Positions 1 to 12,000 of a DNA stretch of 62,468 nucleotides are shown here, one piece after another. Origin of the DNA: Candidatus Limnocylindria bacterium. GTDB taxonomy: Bacteria; Chloroflexota; Limnocylindria; P2-11E. The position numbers and the translations under genes were made by a program. The notes under the pieces were generated by a model, which was given only the letters and a program-made list of their open reading frames with translations, did no database searches and was not told the DNA's origin. Positions within the stretch are counted from its first letter, which is position 1; every line of letters starts with the position of its first letter. The stretch spans positions 1-62,468 of the forward strand of contig DATCPK010000068.1 of NCBI GenBank assembly GCA_036570125.1. The letters are read 5' to 3'.

Positions 1-3000
1 GGCCGGAGCCGCTCGCGCTCACGCCGGCGACGAAGTAGCGGCTGCTTACCGCGACCGTCGTCGCAGCGCTCGACGAGCTATCCAGCGCAGCGCCGCCGAC
101 GATGAGCAAGGTGCCGTCGCCGTAGGTCGAGTTGTCGAACCCGACGATCGTCCGCGTGCCGAAGCCCGCGATGGTCACCTGCTGGCCGGCGGCGAAGCCG
201 AGGCTCTGCCACGGCTGGCCGTCCTTACGCGCGATCCTGTTGCTCGAGATGTCGAAGGTCGCGCTCACGGAGAGCCAGTCGCTGACGCCGACCGTTGCGG
301 CCGCTCCGCTCGAGGTGTCGAGCGCCGGGCCTGCCGTTTGAACGACCTGCAGCGTGCTGTCGGGCGCGCTCGAGGGTCCGGTGAAGCCGACGATCGTGAA
401 CGAGCGAGTGACGACGCCGGCGCTGGTCGTCGTGAGCATCGTGATCTGCTGGCCGACCGCGAATCCACCGGTCCGCCAGTCGACGCCATCGGTCCGGGTG
501 ATCAGGCCTGCGGTGGTGGTGTCGAAGGTGCCCGCGATCTGGAGCGGTGAGTTGCCGCCGCCGTGCACGGTCGTGAGACCGCCGTGCGAAGCGACGCGCA
601 TCGCGCCGTTGTTCGCGAGCTCCGCACCCGGCACGAGCGTGCTAATGATCGTGAAGGTGTCGTTGCCCGAGCCGAGCAGAAGGTTCAGGACCTCGATCGT
701 TGACGTGTTGCCGTCGGTCTTGAAGTTCTTGTTCGCGTCGAGCGTGATCGTTCCGTAGCTCACGCCGCCCGGGTACTTGCCCGGCTCGCCGAACGGGAAC
801 TTGAACCCGGTCGGGAACGACTTCGTGAAGTCGAGGTCGTCCGCCATGTTCAGGCCCGTGATCGCGGTCGAGGTCATCTGACCGACGTTGTCCTGCGTGC
901 TGCCGTCGGCGAAGACATTGAGCGTGTCGATCTGCTGCCATTCGGGCGGCTGCGCCGCGATCTGGAAGAGCGGTCCGTTCGACTCGCCCGGCAGCAGGAC
1001 GGCCTGGTGCAGCGAGCGGTCCGCGCCGGTCGTCCCGCCCTCGACGGCGAGCGGCCCGCGGATGCCGGAGAGCAGGTGCGCGCGCTTCGGGAACGTCTTC
1101 AGGTTCTCGCGACCGGCCGGCAGGCTGAAGGTCGGATCCGCGAGGAGCGGAACGGTGACCTGCTGGTACCAGTTGCTCGACGTGAACGTGATGACCGGCG
1201 CGCACTGCGTGATCGCCGTGACGGTCCCGCACGACGCGGCGTTCGCGACCGCGAGCGTCGCCAGATCGAGCTTGCCCGAGTTCGGCGTCGCGTCGGTGAT
1301 CGACACGATCTTGAAGGTGCCCGTGACGCCCACCAGCTGGATGAGCTGACCCTCGAGGAAGCCGCTGTCGAGCCAGCTCTTGCCGTCGGTGCGAACGAGC
1401 GTCTTCGTGGTGCTGTTGTAGGTGGACGTGCCCGCGTAGATGCCGCGGTCGACAAGCTGGCTGATCGTCGCGAACCCTGGGCTAACGGCGCCGCTCAGCG
1501 TCATGGACTTCCCGTCTCCCGAGATCGAGAGGATGTCGAGGTCGGTGCTCGTCGTGCCGACGGTCACGCGGACGTGCATGCCCGTGGTGAAGCCGTCGTC
1601 TAGGAAGCTGCCGAGGTCGGCGCCGATGTAACGCGTGACCACGGCGCCGCTCGCGGTGATGTTGCCGGTGAAGAGCTGCTGCGGGCGCGCCCCGCCGACG
1701 AGCTTGAGGCTCACGCCGCCGCCCAGCGTCACGTCGGTCTGGCCGTCGGTCACGATCGCGATGTCGACCGGTGCCGTCGGCGCCTTCGTGAGACGGATGC
1801 TGTAGCTGTCGCCCGTGCCGGGGGTCGTGCAGTCCGCGCCGCAGGCGACGACAAGCGTGCGCCCGTTGCTCTCAAGGATGAACACGCCGGGCGTCTCGTC
1901 GTCGATCGAGAGCGCGTTGACCCGAGCCGAGATGGCCGCCTTCGCCGCGTTGTAGTCCGCGTCGTTCGTGGTCGTGACGGTGTGCAGGAGCGTGGTGCTC
2001 TGCGGGTCCTGCGCGACGAAGTCGTTGCGCGCGCGGACGGTGATGCGCACCGGGATGTTCCAGTCCGCCTGGGTGAACACGATCGTGTAGGTCGTCCCGA
2101 GCACCGGGCAGGTGCCGTCCGCGGCGGCGAAGCGGCTGTCGGCGCTCGACAGGCAGAGGCGGTTGTTGCTCGGCGCGACCAGGACGGTCACCGATCCGGT
2201 GCTGTCGACGGGCGCCTTCGCCAGCTGCACGTCGTAGATGTCGGTGACCTGCGTCGTCGTGTTGCCTTCGAGCACGATCGTGTTGCTGTCGGGCTGGGTC
2301 GTGTTCGGGTCGAGCTCGGTCACGATCACGTCGGCCTTGTCGTTGTCGACGACGTCGACCTCGACATTGCGCACCGTCGCGTGGTCGAACCGCGCGTCCT
2401 GGCTGATCACGGACTGCGCCGAGATCGCGACGCGCTCGCCCTCCGGACGCGTGTCGTCGTAAGCGAACACGTAGACCGCCTGCGGCGTGTTCCAGTTGGT
2501 CTCGTCGAAGACGAGGACGATCGCACGCTGGCGGATGGTCTTCGGGTCGCCGTTGAGCGTGATGGTCCGGTTGAACGCGGCCTCCGACGACGGATCCGTC
2601 GACACGAGGAACGTCTCGCCGTTGGACTGCTCTTCCTGGCCGGTCATCGTGCCCGACACCGTCACGTAGACCTTCTTCGTCGGCGCGACGGCGAGGCGGA
2701 TGTTGTACTGGTCGATCGACTGGATGCAGCTCACCGGAGTCAGGCTGAAGCAGCCGCCCTCGGCGATCCGCGTGGCGGTGCCGACCTCTTCGACGATGAC
2801 CTGACCCTGGTTCGTGCGCGCGACCGCGAGGTCGATGCCGTCCGCGAGGATGCCCGCGTACATCGAGTCGGCCGAGCGCACGAAGTGGTTGATCGTGCCG
2901 CTCGTGCCTTCGATGTTCCGCGAGACCACGTCGCCCGCGACGTCGCCGGCGACGTTGATGGTGTCGCTGCCGAGGCCGCCGATGACGCGGGTGAGGACGC

Positions 3001-6000
3001 CGGGCTGCGTGCTCAGGACGTCGATCGTGTCGTCGCCCTCGAGCGCGTCGACCTCGAGCACCTCGACGTTCGCGTAGGTGACCGATAGGCCGGCCCCGAA
3101 GATGCCCTTCGCCGTGATCACGATGTGGTCGGCGAACTCGGTGCCGAGGATGTCGACCTTGTCGAAGCCGTTGCCGCCGTCGATCGAGACGGGCGCGTTG
3201 ATGTTGTAGACGACCTGGTTGTTCCCACCGCCGGTCCGGATGTCGGACTCGGCCGCGGTCGAGAAGCCGTTCGTGAGGCGCGGCATCGCGATCTGGTCCT
3301 GGAGGTTCAGCCAGACGATGTCGCAGTGCAGTGAGGCGGCGGTCGTGCTCGGATCGCAGTCGGCGCCGGTGCCGTAGTTCGTCCTGGTCTGCGCGAGCGC
3401 GAATGCGCGCACCGTGAACAGGTCGTTGTCGTCCTCACCCTCGAGCCGCAGCGTCGCCTGGTTCGAGTAGACGGTGAACGTGTCGTCGCCCGTGCCGCCC
3501 TTCGCGATGAGCGGCTGACTCGAGCCGGCGGACAGCCACCCACGGGTCGTCGCGACCGTGCCGAAGACGTCCTGCGGCGTGAGCGTGCCGCCGGTGGTGT
3601 TGCCGGCCGGCGTCGCGGAGTGCGCGGTCGTGTCGCGCTGCAGGCCGTAGATCTGGCCGATCTGGAAGGTGTCGTTGCCGGCGCCGCCGTCCAGCGTGGT
3701 GATCGAGCTGTTGTCGTCGACCGCGAAGTAGTCGTTCCCGCCGAGGCCGTAGACGATGAGGCGCCCGTTGATGGCGGTGTCGTAGTTGATGCGCTCGACC
3801 TTGAACGCGCTCGCGCCGAGCTGCGCGAAGCCGTTGGGTGACGCCTGCGCCACCGTCGAGTGGAGCAGTGCGACGAACGCCGGCCGGTCGGCGAACTCGT
3901 TGGCCGTGCCTGTGTTCGTCGGCGAGGCGAGGTAGGTCACACGACGGAGCAGGAACAGGTCGTCGGTCGGGTACGAGTTCGTCGCGGCCGTTGAGTCGTA
4001 GCCGCTCTGCGCGGAGTCGTACCCGCTGATCGCGAGGACATCCACGCCGTCGTCCGGACGACCTGTGTCGAGCACGTTGATCACGTACTGCCGGCACGGC
4101 GCCGCACCGATCGCGAGGCACGGCTGGCTGCCGGTCGTGTTGATGACATACGTGTCCGAGGCCGACTGACCGTCGAGGGTCAGCGTGATGCCGTTCGCGG
4201 TGTCCATGGTCTGCAGGTAGTTGACGGTGAGCGTGTCCTCGTCCGGCCGACCGAAGGCGTCGGTCGTGACCGCCGCGGTCCCGTCGTACGGCGTGGCCGC
4301 GCTCTCGCCGTAGGCGCGCGTCTTGTTGCGCAGGTACGTCTCGTCGAACGTGATCGTGTCGACGTCGTTGTTTCCGAAGACGCGCGTGAAGTTGCAGGTC
4401 TGCGCGTTGGGCCGCAGGTCGGCCGCGCAGCTGTTGACGAGGGTGCCGCCGAAGTCCGTCGCGCCGTTCCAACCGGACCAGATCTCGCCGTGCAGACGCA
4501 TGGTCGTGCCCCAGCCGTCGTCGGCGTTGCCGTCGTCGCCGTAGAGCTCGATCCACTGCGTCGCGCGGATCGTCGCGACGCGCGTGGCGCCTTCGTCAGC
4601 GACGACCACGCCGTTCGCGCCGTCCGTCGTGATGTTGTCGCCCGCGCGCAGCAGCACGTAGCCGCTCGAGGCCTGGATCAGGCCGCGGACGATCCCGCTG
4701 TTCGCGGTCGTCTGCGGCTGGTTCTCGATGAAGAGGTAGGCGCAGGCCGAGCGGCCGGCGAATGTGCCGCAGGGCAGGAGGTTGAGGTCCTCGCCCTGCG
4801 CCGACGTCTCGGCGACGGTGAGCCGGACGTTGCCGTTCAGGGCGCGCGCGAGGATCACGTTGAGCGCGCCCGGTGCCCCACCAGCGGAGTCGGGTGTCTC
4901 GGTCACGAAGATGGCCGCCGTCGCCTGGAGCGCCACGTCCGCCGTGCTCCAGCGCGATGAGTCGATCTCGAGGTCGTTGCCGCCGGCCGCGTCGCCGATC
5001 GACCCGCCGACCGCGTTCAGGTCGACGTTGTTGCCGATGACGTCGGCCGCCGCGTCGTTGTTCGCGTCGACGATCGAGCCGCCCGTCGTGGCGAGCGAGA
5101 CGTCGCCCTTCGTCTTGACGTTGCCGACGCGCAGATCGCCGGTGATCTCGGTGACGAACACGCCCAGGGTGTTGGCCGACGCGGTGTCGGTCACGGTGAG
5201 CGCGCCGGTCGCGTTGTCGGTCCGGGCCACGTTGATCTCGAGGAAGTCGCTCGGTGTGCCGACCCCGCCCTGCGTGGTGCCGGTGCCCGCGGTCATCGTG
5301 ATGTTCACGCCGGTCACGTCGATCGTCGGCTGACCGTCGGCGTCGGTGATGCGGCGCGGTGCGAAGAGCGTCACGTCGCCCGCGGTCGAGTTGATGTGCC
5401 CGACCTGCAGATCGCCCGACAGCTCCGTGTCGGTGATGAAGCCGTTCGTCTGCATATCGATCCGCGCGACGTCCGACGTGCAGCAGTCGTCGTTTTCGAC
5501 CGGGGCGACCATCGCGACACCGGTGTCGAGGTCGTTCATCACGGCGGCGACGTCTGTGAACGCGGTGAACGTGAGCGTGGTCCCGGTCTCGGTGTGGTTG
5601 ACGATGATGTCGTCGCCCGCGCGCAGGTCGCCGTACTGCGTGCCCGCGTCACCGAAGGTGTAGTCGCTGTTCACGAGGTTGCGGTCGGTCCCGTAGGCGC
5701 GGCGGATGCGTGCGAGGCCCGGCGGATCGACGTTCGGCCGGAAGTGACCGCTGTAATCGCCGCTCTGGTCGGTGCCTGTGATCTCCGTGGTGCTCGGCGG
5801 GTTGAAGAGCGAGATGTGGACGTTCCCGCCCGCGCCCGCGTTCGTGCCCTGAACGCTGTCGTGGACAAGGACGTCGACGTCGTTGCCCGCGCGCAGGTAA
5901 TCGATCTGGACGGCGATGCTCGTCGCGGCGGTCTCGAGCGAACGCTCGTTCGCGGTCAGGTCGAGGACGAGGTCGCCCTTCGCCTCGGCCTGGACGACGA

Positions 6001-9000
6001 TGTCGAACAGGGTGTCGGCCTCGTCGCGGAAGCGGATGAGCTCGGCGGCGATCGGCACGCGCGGTCCGGCCTGCTGCCCGATGGATCCGTTGTCGGCGTC
6101 GAGCTCGAGCTTGTTGGTGCGGATCAGCTCGGCGTCCGTATCCGTCGTGCAGCAGCTGAAGTTCGCCACGAACGTCGTCGAGTTGACGCCGTTGCTCTCG
6201 ATCCCGTGCAGGTCAAGCGCGTTGTCGGACAGGATGTTGCCGCGCACGTTCTTGATGAGCGTGTGGCCGATGACGTTCTCGATGCCGCCGTCGAGGACGA
6301 TGTCCGACGGCGTGGTCGTGCCGCTCAGGTTCTGGATCTGCACCTCGGTCTTCGCGAAGACGTGCGTGACCTTGAACTCGAACGTCGGGAAGCTCGTCGT
6401 GCTCTCAGCAAGATGCAGGTCGTCGGCCGGCGAGCTGACCGGGCCGGGAATCGTGTCGAGTGAGACCTCGATCTTCGGCGGGTTCGCCGTGGTCACGACG
6501 ACGATGTCGTTCACGACGAGCTTGCGGTCCGAGTAATTCGTGATCGTGACGGAGTCCCACGTGTCTTTCACCTGGAACTCGCCCGCGTTCCCGTAGATGA
6601 CGCTCGCCGGCGAGCGGTCGTTCGCCTCGAACCGGACGTTGCCACCCTCGTCGTAGATGAGGTCGCCGACCACGATCCACGCGCCGGCCGGAACGACGTC
6701 ACCAACGTTGAGCAGGCCTGTCGAGTACGTGTTCGTGCTCGGGTCGAACCACTTCACGTAGACGTTCTTCGTCTTCGCGGTGATCGTCCCGCTCGCGTCG
6801 ATCGTCAGCACCGGGTTCGGCTCGCCAAGCAGGATGACCGTGGACTCCCAGTAAATGCGACGGGTGGCCGAGCTCGCGCCGTGTGAGCCGCCGTTGTGAT
6901 CGACGAACACGCCGCCGTGGGCGTTCTGCGGCCGCGACGGATCCGATCCGAACGCGTTGGTCGAGACGGTCAGCGACGCCGTCTTCAGGAACGAGTCGTT
7001 CTCGCCGAACACGAGAGCCGTGGCGGTCAGGTCACCGGTGCTGTTCGCTGTCGCGTTGCCCGCGAAGCAGTGACACGCCGCGTCCGAGTCCGCGCTCATG
7101 TCGATCCCGCGGAACTCGCTCGTGATCGTGATCGTGTCGTTCCCGACGAGCTGCTCGCCCGAGCCGCCCGTGCGTGTCTTGATCCGAACCTCGTTCGTGC
7201 TCGGTAGCGAGACCACCGCGGTCGCGTCGCCGTTGCCGCCGCCGGCCCACGTGTCGGCGCTCGCGGCGGCGTGCAGGAAGGCCTTCGAGCCGATGGCGTT
7301 GACCTGGAGGTCGTTCGCGCTCACACGCGCGCCGCCCCAGATCTCGGTCCTCGTGACGGAGCCGTCCGCGACGTCCACGCGCGCGTCGGCGTTCGTGTCC
7401 GCGCCGAGCCCGGCGCTGTCGCTCTCGGCGTTCGCGGTGCCCGTGAGGCTCGTGTTCGATTCGATGCGCGCCGTGCCACCCGACGCGATCGTGCCCTTCA
7501 CGATCGTCTGCGTCGTGTGACCAAGCGTCGAGATCGCGTGCGAGTGCACGCCGGCGATGAGGCCGCCACCGGCGCCCTCGGAGTCGACGCTCGAGACGAT
7601 GGTCGCGCCCGCGACGACCGTGACATTCCCGGTCGCGATGAGCTGCGCGCCCGTCTCGATCGTGACCGTCGTGTTGGTCGTCGCCGCGGTCGCCGCGTCG
7701 GCGCTGCCGATCGAGACGAGGCCGCCGCCGCCGCTCGTGGTGTTCGCACCGACGAGGCCGCGGTTATCGGTGGTCACGTTGATCGTGCCCGCGCGGATGA
7801 CCGCGCCCGCGCCGATCGTGTTGGTGATCGTGGGCTCGACGGTCGCGCTCGCGGTCGCGCCCTTCACGTCGATGACACCGCCGCTCGAGCCGGACGACGA
7901 GGCCGTGGCGACCTGATCGCCCGTCGGCGCGCCGGCGAGCGTGCTGCTGCCGCCGACGCCGAGGAGCTTCTGCATGCCGCTGCCGCCGGAGGCGAGGTCG
8001 ATGATCAGGTACTGCGGACCCGTGCCGGGGGCGGTGATGTTCACGCCCTCAGCTGCGAAGGAGTGCGTGCCGATGCCGCCTGTCCGGCCGCCGTTGCTGA
8101 AGAAGATCGGCGTACCGCCCGGCGACGTGGCGAGCTGGAACGTCGTGCTGCTCTGGTTGCGCACGAAGTACACGCGGCCGTCCTCGAGGCCGCTGAGCGG
8201 CGCCTCGGCCACCTTGGTGAGCGAGTGCTCGGCCTTGTTGCCGGCGGTCGACGTGTCGCGGGTCAGCGTGAGCGCAACGACCGCCTGGTCGGTGTCCGGC
8301 GTCCCGTCGGAGTCCGTGTCGAGCTGCGGGCAGTTGGTCGAGTCGCCCGCGGTGCCAACGGCACGGCAGTAGGTCGTCGCGAGCTTGACCAAGAACGGAT
8401 CCGACTGGTTGATCACGTAGTAGACGCCGCCGCTCACGATCCCGGAGCCGATCGTGCTTCCCGGGTTCGTCGAGCGATACGTCACCGCTTCGCCGTTCGC
8501 GAAGCTCATGTGCGTCGAGAACGTCCCGGACGTGTTCGGGTCGCCCGTCGCGACGAAGATCGTGTTTGCAGTGTTGTATTGCAGCTGCGGCGGGGTGGCC
8601 CCGCTCAGGGTCGGCGTACCACCCGACGTGATCAGGTTCACCACGACGTTCGTGAACGTCGCCACGGCCGGGGCGTGGTACGTCACGGGCTGGTTGGGCG
8701 TGAACGAGTTGGACGCGCTGATCACGCCCTGACCCGATCCGTTGACCGTCACCGCGCTCGCGGTCGTGATCGATGCGGGCGGCGTCGTCACAGAGGGGTC
8801 CTGCAGCTTGATCGTGCGCCCATCGATGACGTGGACGCGGTAGAGCGTGCCGGAGGAGAGACCGGGCACGAGGCCGCCGGTCGGCGACGGGAAGTACCAG
8901 ACCATGTCGCCTTCGACGAGGCCGTGCGAGCCGCCGAAGCTGATCGCGTCCCTTGTCTCATCGATCGACGCGCCGGCGAACGTCGTGCCGAGCTGCAGCG

Positions 9001-12000
9001 AGTTCGTCGAGGCGACGCCGCCGATGACCGGCACGATGACCCCGTAGCGGCGCCCGTCGGTCAGGCCGAAGCCGCCGCCACCGAGCCGCTGGTAGGTCAC
9101 GAACTGGCCGGTGTTCAGGCCGTGCGCGTCGGTGAACGTGATGCGGTTGCCGGTGAGCCCGTCGGTCGAGGTGACTGCACCCGGCACGGTGAAGAGTCCG
9201 TTGCTGTACACGGGCGGCGTCGTGTTGTGCGTCGCTTCGATCGTGACGGTGGCGGCCGTGATGCTCGCGCCCGCGCCGACCCCGACGTCGACGTGCGGCG
9301 TCGTGTGCACGGTCGCGCCGAAGCTCTGCACGTTGATCGCGCCGCCCGATGCGGACCGCGTCGTCGCGTCCGCGTCGGTGATGCTCGCCGCGATGACGTG
9401 GACGGTCGTCGTAGCGATGACGACCGAGCCCGCCGTGCCGATCTGCGCGCTGACGGCGGAGGCGACGGTCGCGTTCGAAGCCGTGCTCGCGCCGATGTTG
9501 ATCGCGCCGCCGGTCGTGGTGTCGAACACGCTCGTCGCGAGGTCGTAGCCCTGCGACGAGACCTCGACGGAGTTCGCACCCGTGGTCGCGGTCGGGCCGG
9601 TCCCCTGGCGGACGTGCCCGAGCAGCCACGCGTTCGTCGATCCGCGCGTCGTCGCTACCGGGTTGATGTCGGCGGACACCTGAACCAGCGCGCCGCCCGC
9701 GGTCTGGGCGCGTGCGTCCGAGATGTTCGCCGACCGCGCCTCGACGGTCACGATGCCGTTCGGCGCCGCGAGCGTCGACCCGGCGCTTGCCGTCACGTCC
9801 GTGGCCGCCTGCGCGTCAGCGCTCACGTTCGCGCTGCTCACCGATAGGAGGAGCGACGCGGCGAGCGATTCGACCGACGCCGAGGTGGCGTAGGTGCTGA
9901 GGAAGCTCGACGAGGAGCGGTCGTAGTTGTGCAGCGCGCTCAGGCGCACGTTCCCGTTGGTGCTCGTGATCGACGCGCCGGGCGCCAGGGTCGTCGCGAT
10001 CGAGCTCGAGTCCGTCGCGCGTGCGGTCATCACGCCGACCGACACACCCAGAGCGAGGTTGACTCCCTGCGCGAGAGACTCGGCCTTGGTCCTCACGGAG
10101 GACTCGATGACCACGTCGCCCGAAGCGGTGATGCTGCCGCCGACCGACGTCGTCACGGCGGGCGAGACGGTCGCGATGGTCGTGGTGTCGGTCGCGGCGC
10201 CGCCGAGCGCGTAGGTCTGGCCCGCGGCCGTCGCGCGGCTCGCCGCGTCGACGATGGTGCTGACCGTCACCGTGGCGGCGTTCGTGACCGTTCCGTTGAA
10301 GCCGGTAGAGATGGTGCCGCCCACGAGCGCTGTCGGGTTGATGACCCCGACGCCACCCAGGAGCGCGATCGTCAGCTGCGATCCGTCGACATCCGCGCGC
10401 TGGTACACGCGGGTCTTGACCGAGAGGTTCCCGGTGATGTTCACGGTCTTGCCGGCGCCGATCGTCGCGGTCACCGTCGGCTGGTCGTACGCGAACACGA
10501 CGGCGCCCGCACCGCTCACGAGGCCGATCGAGCCGAGCGACACTTCGCCGCTCGCCGGGATCGAGAAGCCCGCCGGCAGGTCCGCGGCGGTGCCGGCCTC
10601 ATTGCTGTTGAGGCGCGTGAGGAACGTGGCGTTGCGGCCGGTGATCGCGCCGCTGCCGACCGTGAACGCGCCGACCTGCGGCTGCAATGTCGCGGTCGAC
10701 TGCGTCGTTCCAGCCGAGAACGCGCCGGCGCCGACGCCGCTGCCGTGCGAGAGCGCGATCGCGTGGGCGATCGCGGTGAAGGTCAGATCGCCCGTGCCGG
10801 TGTCGACGCTCGCGTTCGTGCCCACCCACGCCTTGGAGCTGGACGTGTTGGTCGCGGCCGTCTCCGTGAACTGACCGTTGGCGAGCAGGCTGATGGCGAG
10901 GAAGCTGGCCGACGCCGACGGTGTCGAGTCCGCTGTCGCCGTGGCGGTCACGCCGGTGCCGGTCGTGGTGACGTCCGTCGGCGTGCCGCTGCCCGCCTGA
11001 CTGCCGACGAATGCCGCGACGGACGCCGAGTCGCTCGCCAACACGGTCGCCGCGCCGATCCCGAGGCCGAGGCTCACGCCCAGGAACGAGTTGCTCGCGT
11101 TCGGCAGCTGGCTCCCGTGCGCGCTCAGCGACAGCGATCCGGCGCGGACGTTCGCTCCGTCGCCGACGTAAGCGCGCGTGGCGCCGCTCGTCGTCGCGGA
11201 GATCGACGCGAGGTTCACGTTGACCGCGACGCTGATGCTCGTGGACTTCGCGGCCGCGGTCGCGGCGGACGTGCCGTTCGCCGTGAACGAGGCCGCGCCG
11301 GTCCCGACGTTGACCGAAGCGCGGTCGCCGATCTTCGCGTCGACGGTCTGGTTGAGTGACGCGCTCGTGAGCGAACCCGCGCCGCCGGCGAGCGAGAAGC
11401 CGACGAAGAACGTCGTCGCGGACGAGACGGCGTCGCCGGTGGCGGTCGCTGTGAGCGACGTTGCGCTGACGGATCCGTCGTTCGCGACGCCGGCGCTCGT
11501 CAGTCCGCTCAGGCGCGATCGCACGTCGACGACCGTGATCGTGATGCCGCCGATCGAGACGTTGTCGTTCGACGAGGTCGAGTGGGTCGTCGATTGCGCA
11601 GTGACCGTCGCGGGCCCGGTCAGGTTGATGACGCCGCCGAGCTCCGCCGTCGTCTGCTGGGTGACGCCTGTCTCGATGACCGTGCCGCTTCCGCCGAGGA
11701 GCGAGACGCCCACGAAGCTCACAGTCGCGGAGGTGTCGTTCGTCGAGGTGGCGGTCACGGAGAGCGACGGGCCGCTGAGCTGCGCGCCCGTGTCGCTGCC
11801 CGCGTTCGTGCTTCCGCCGAGCGCCGTCGTGATGAACTGTGCGGCGCCGCTGACGATGCCGACGCTCACGGCATTCGTGGTGACGGTCGGTGTCGAGTGC
11901 GATGTCGCGGTGAAGGTCGCCGCGCCGGTGAGCGTCACGTTCGCGCCCGACTTCAGCTTCGCGTTCGTCGCCGCGCTCACCTGCGCGAGCGTCGTCGAGA

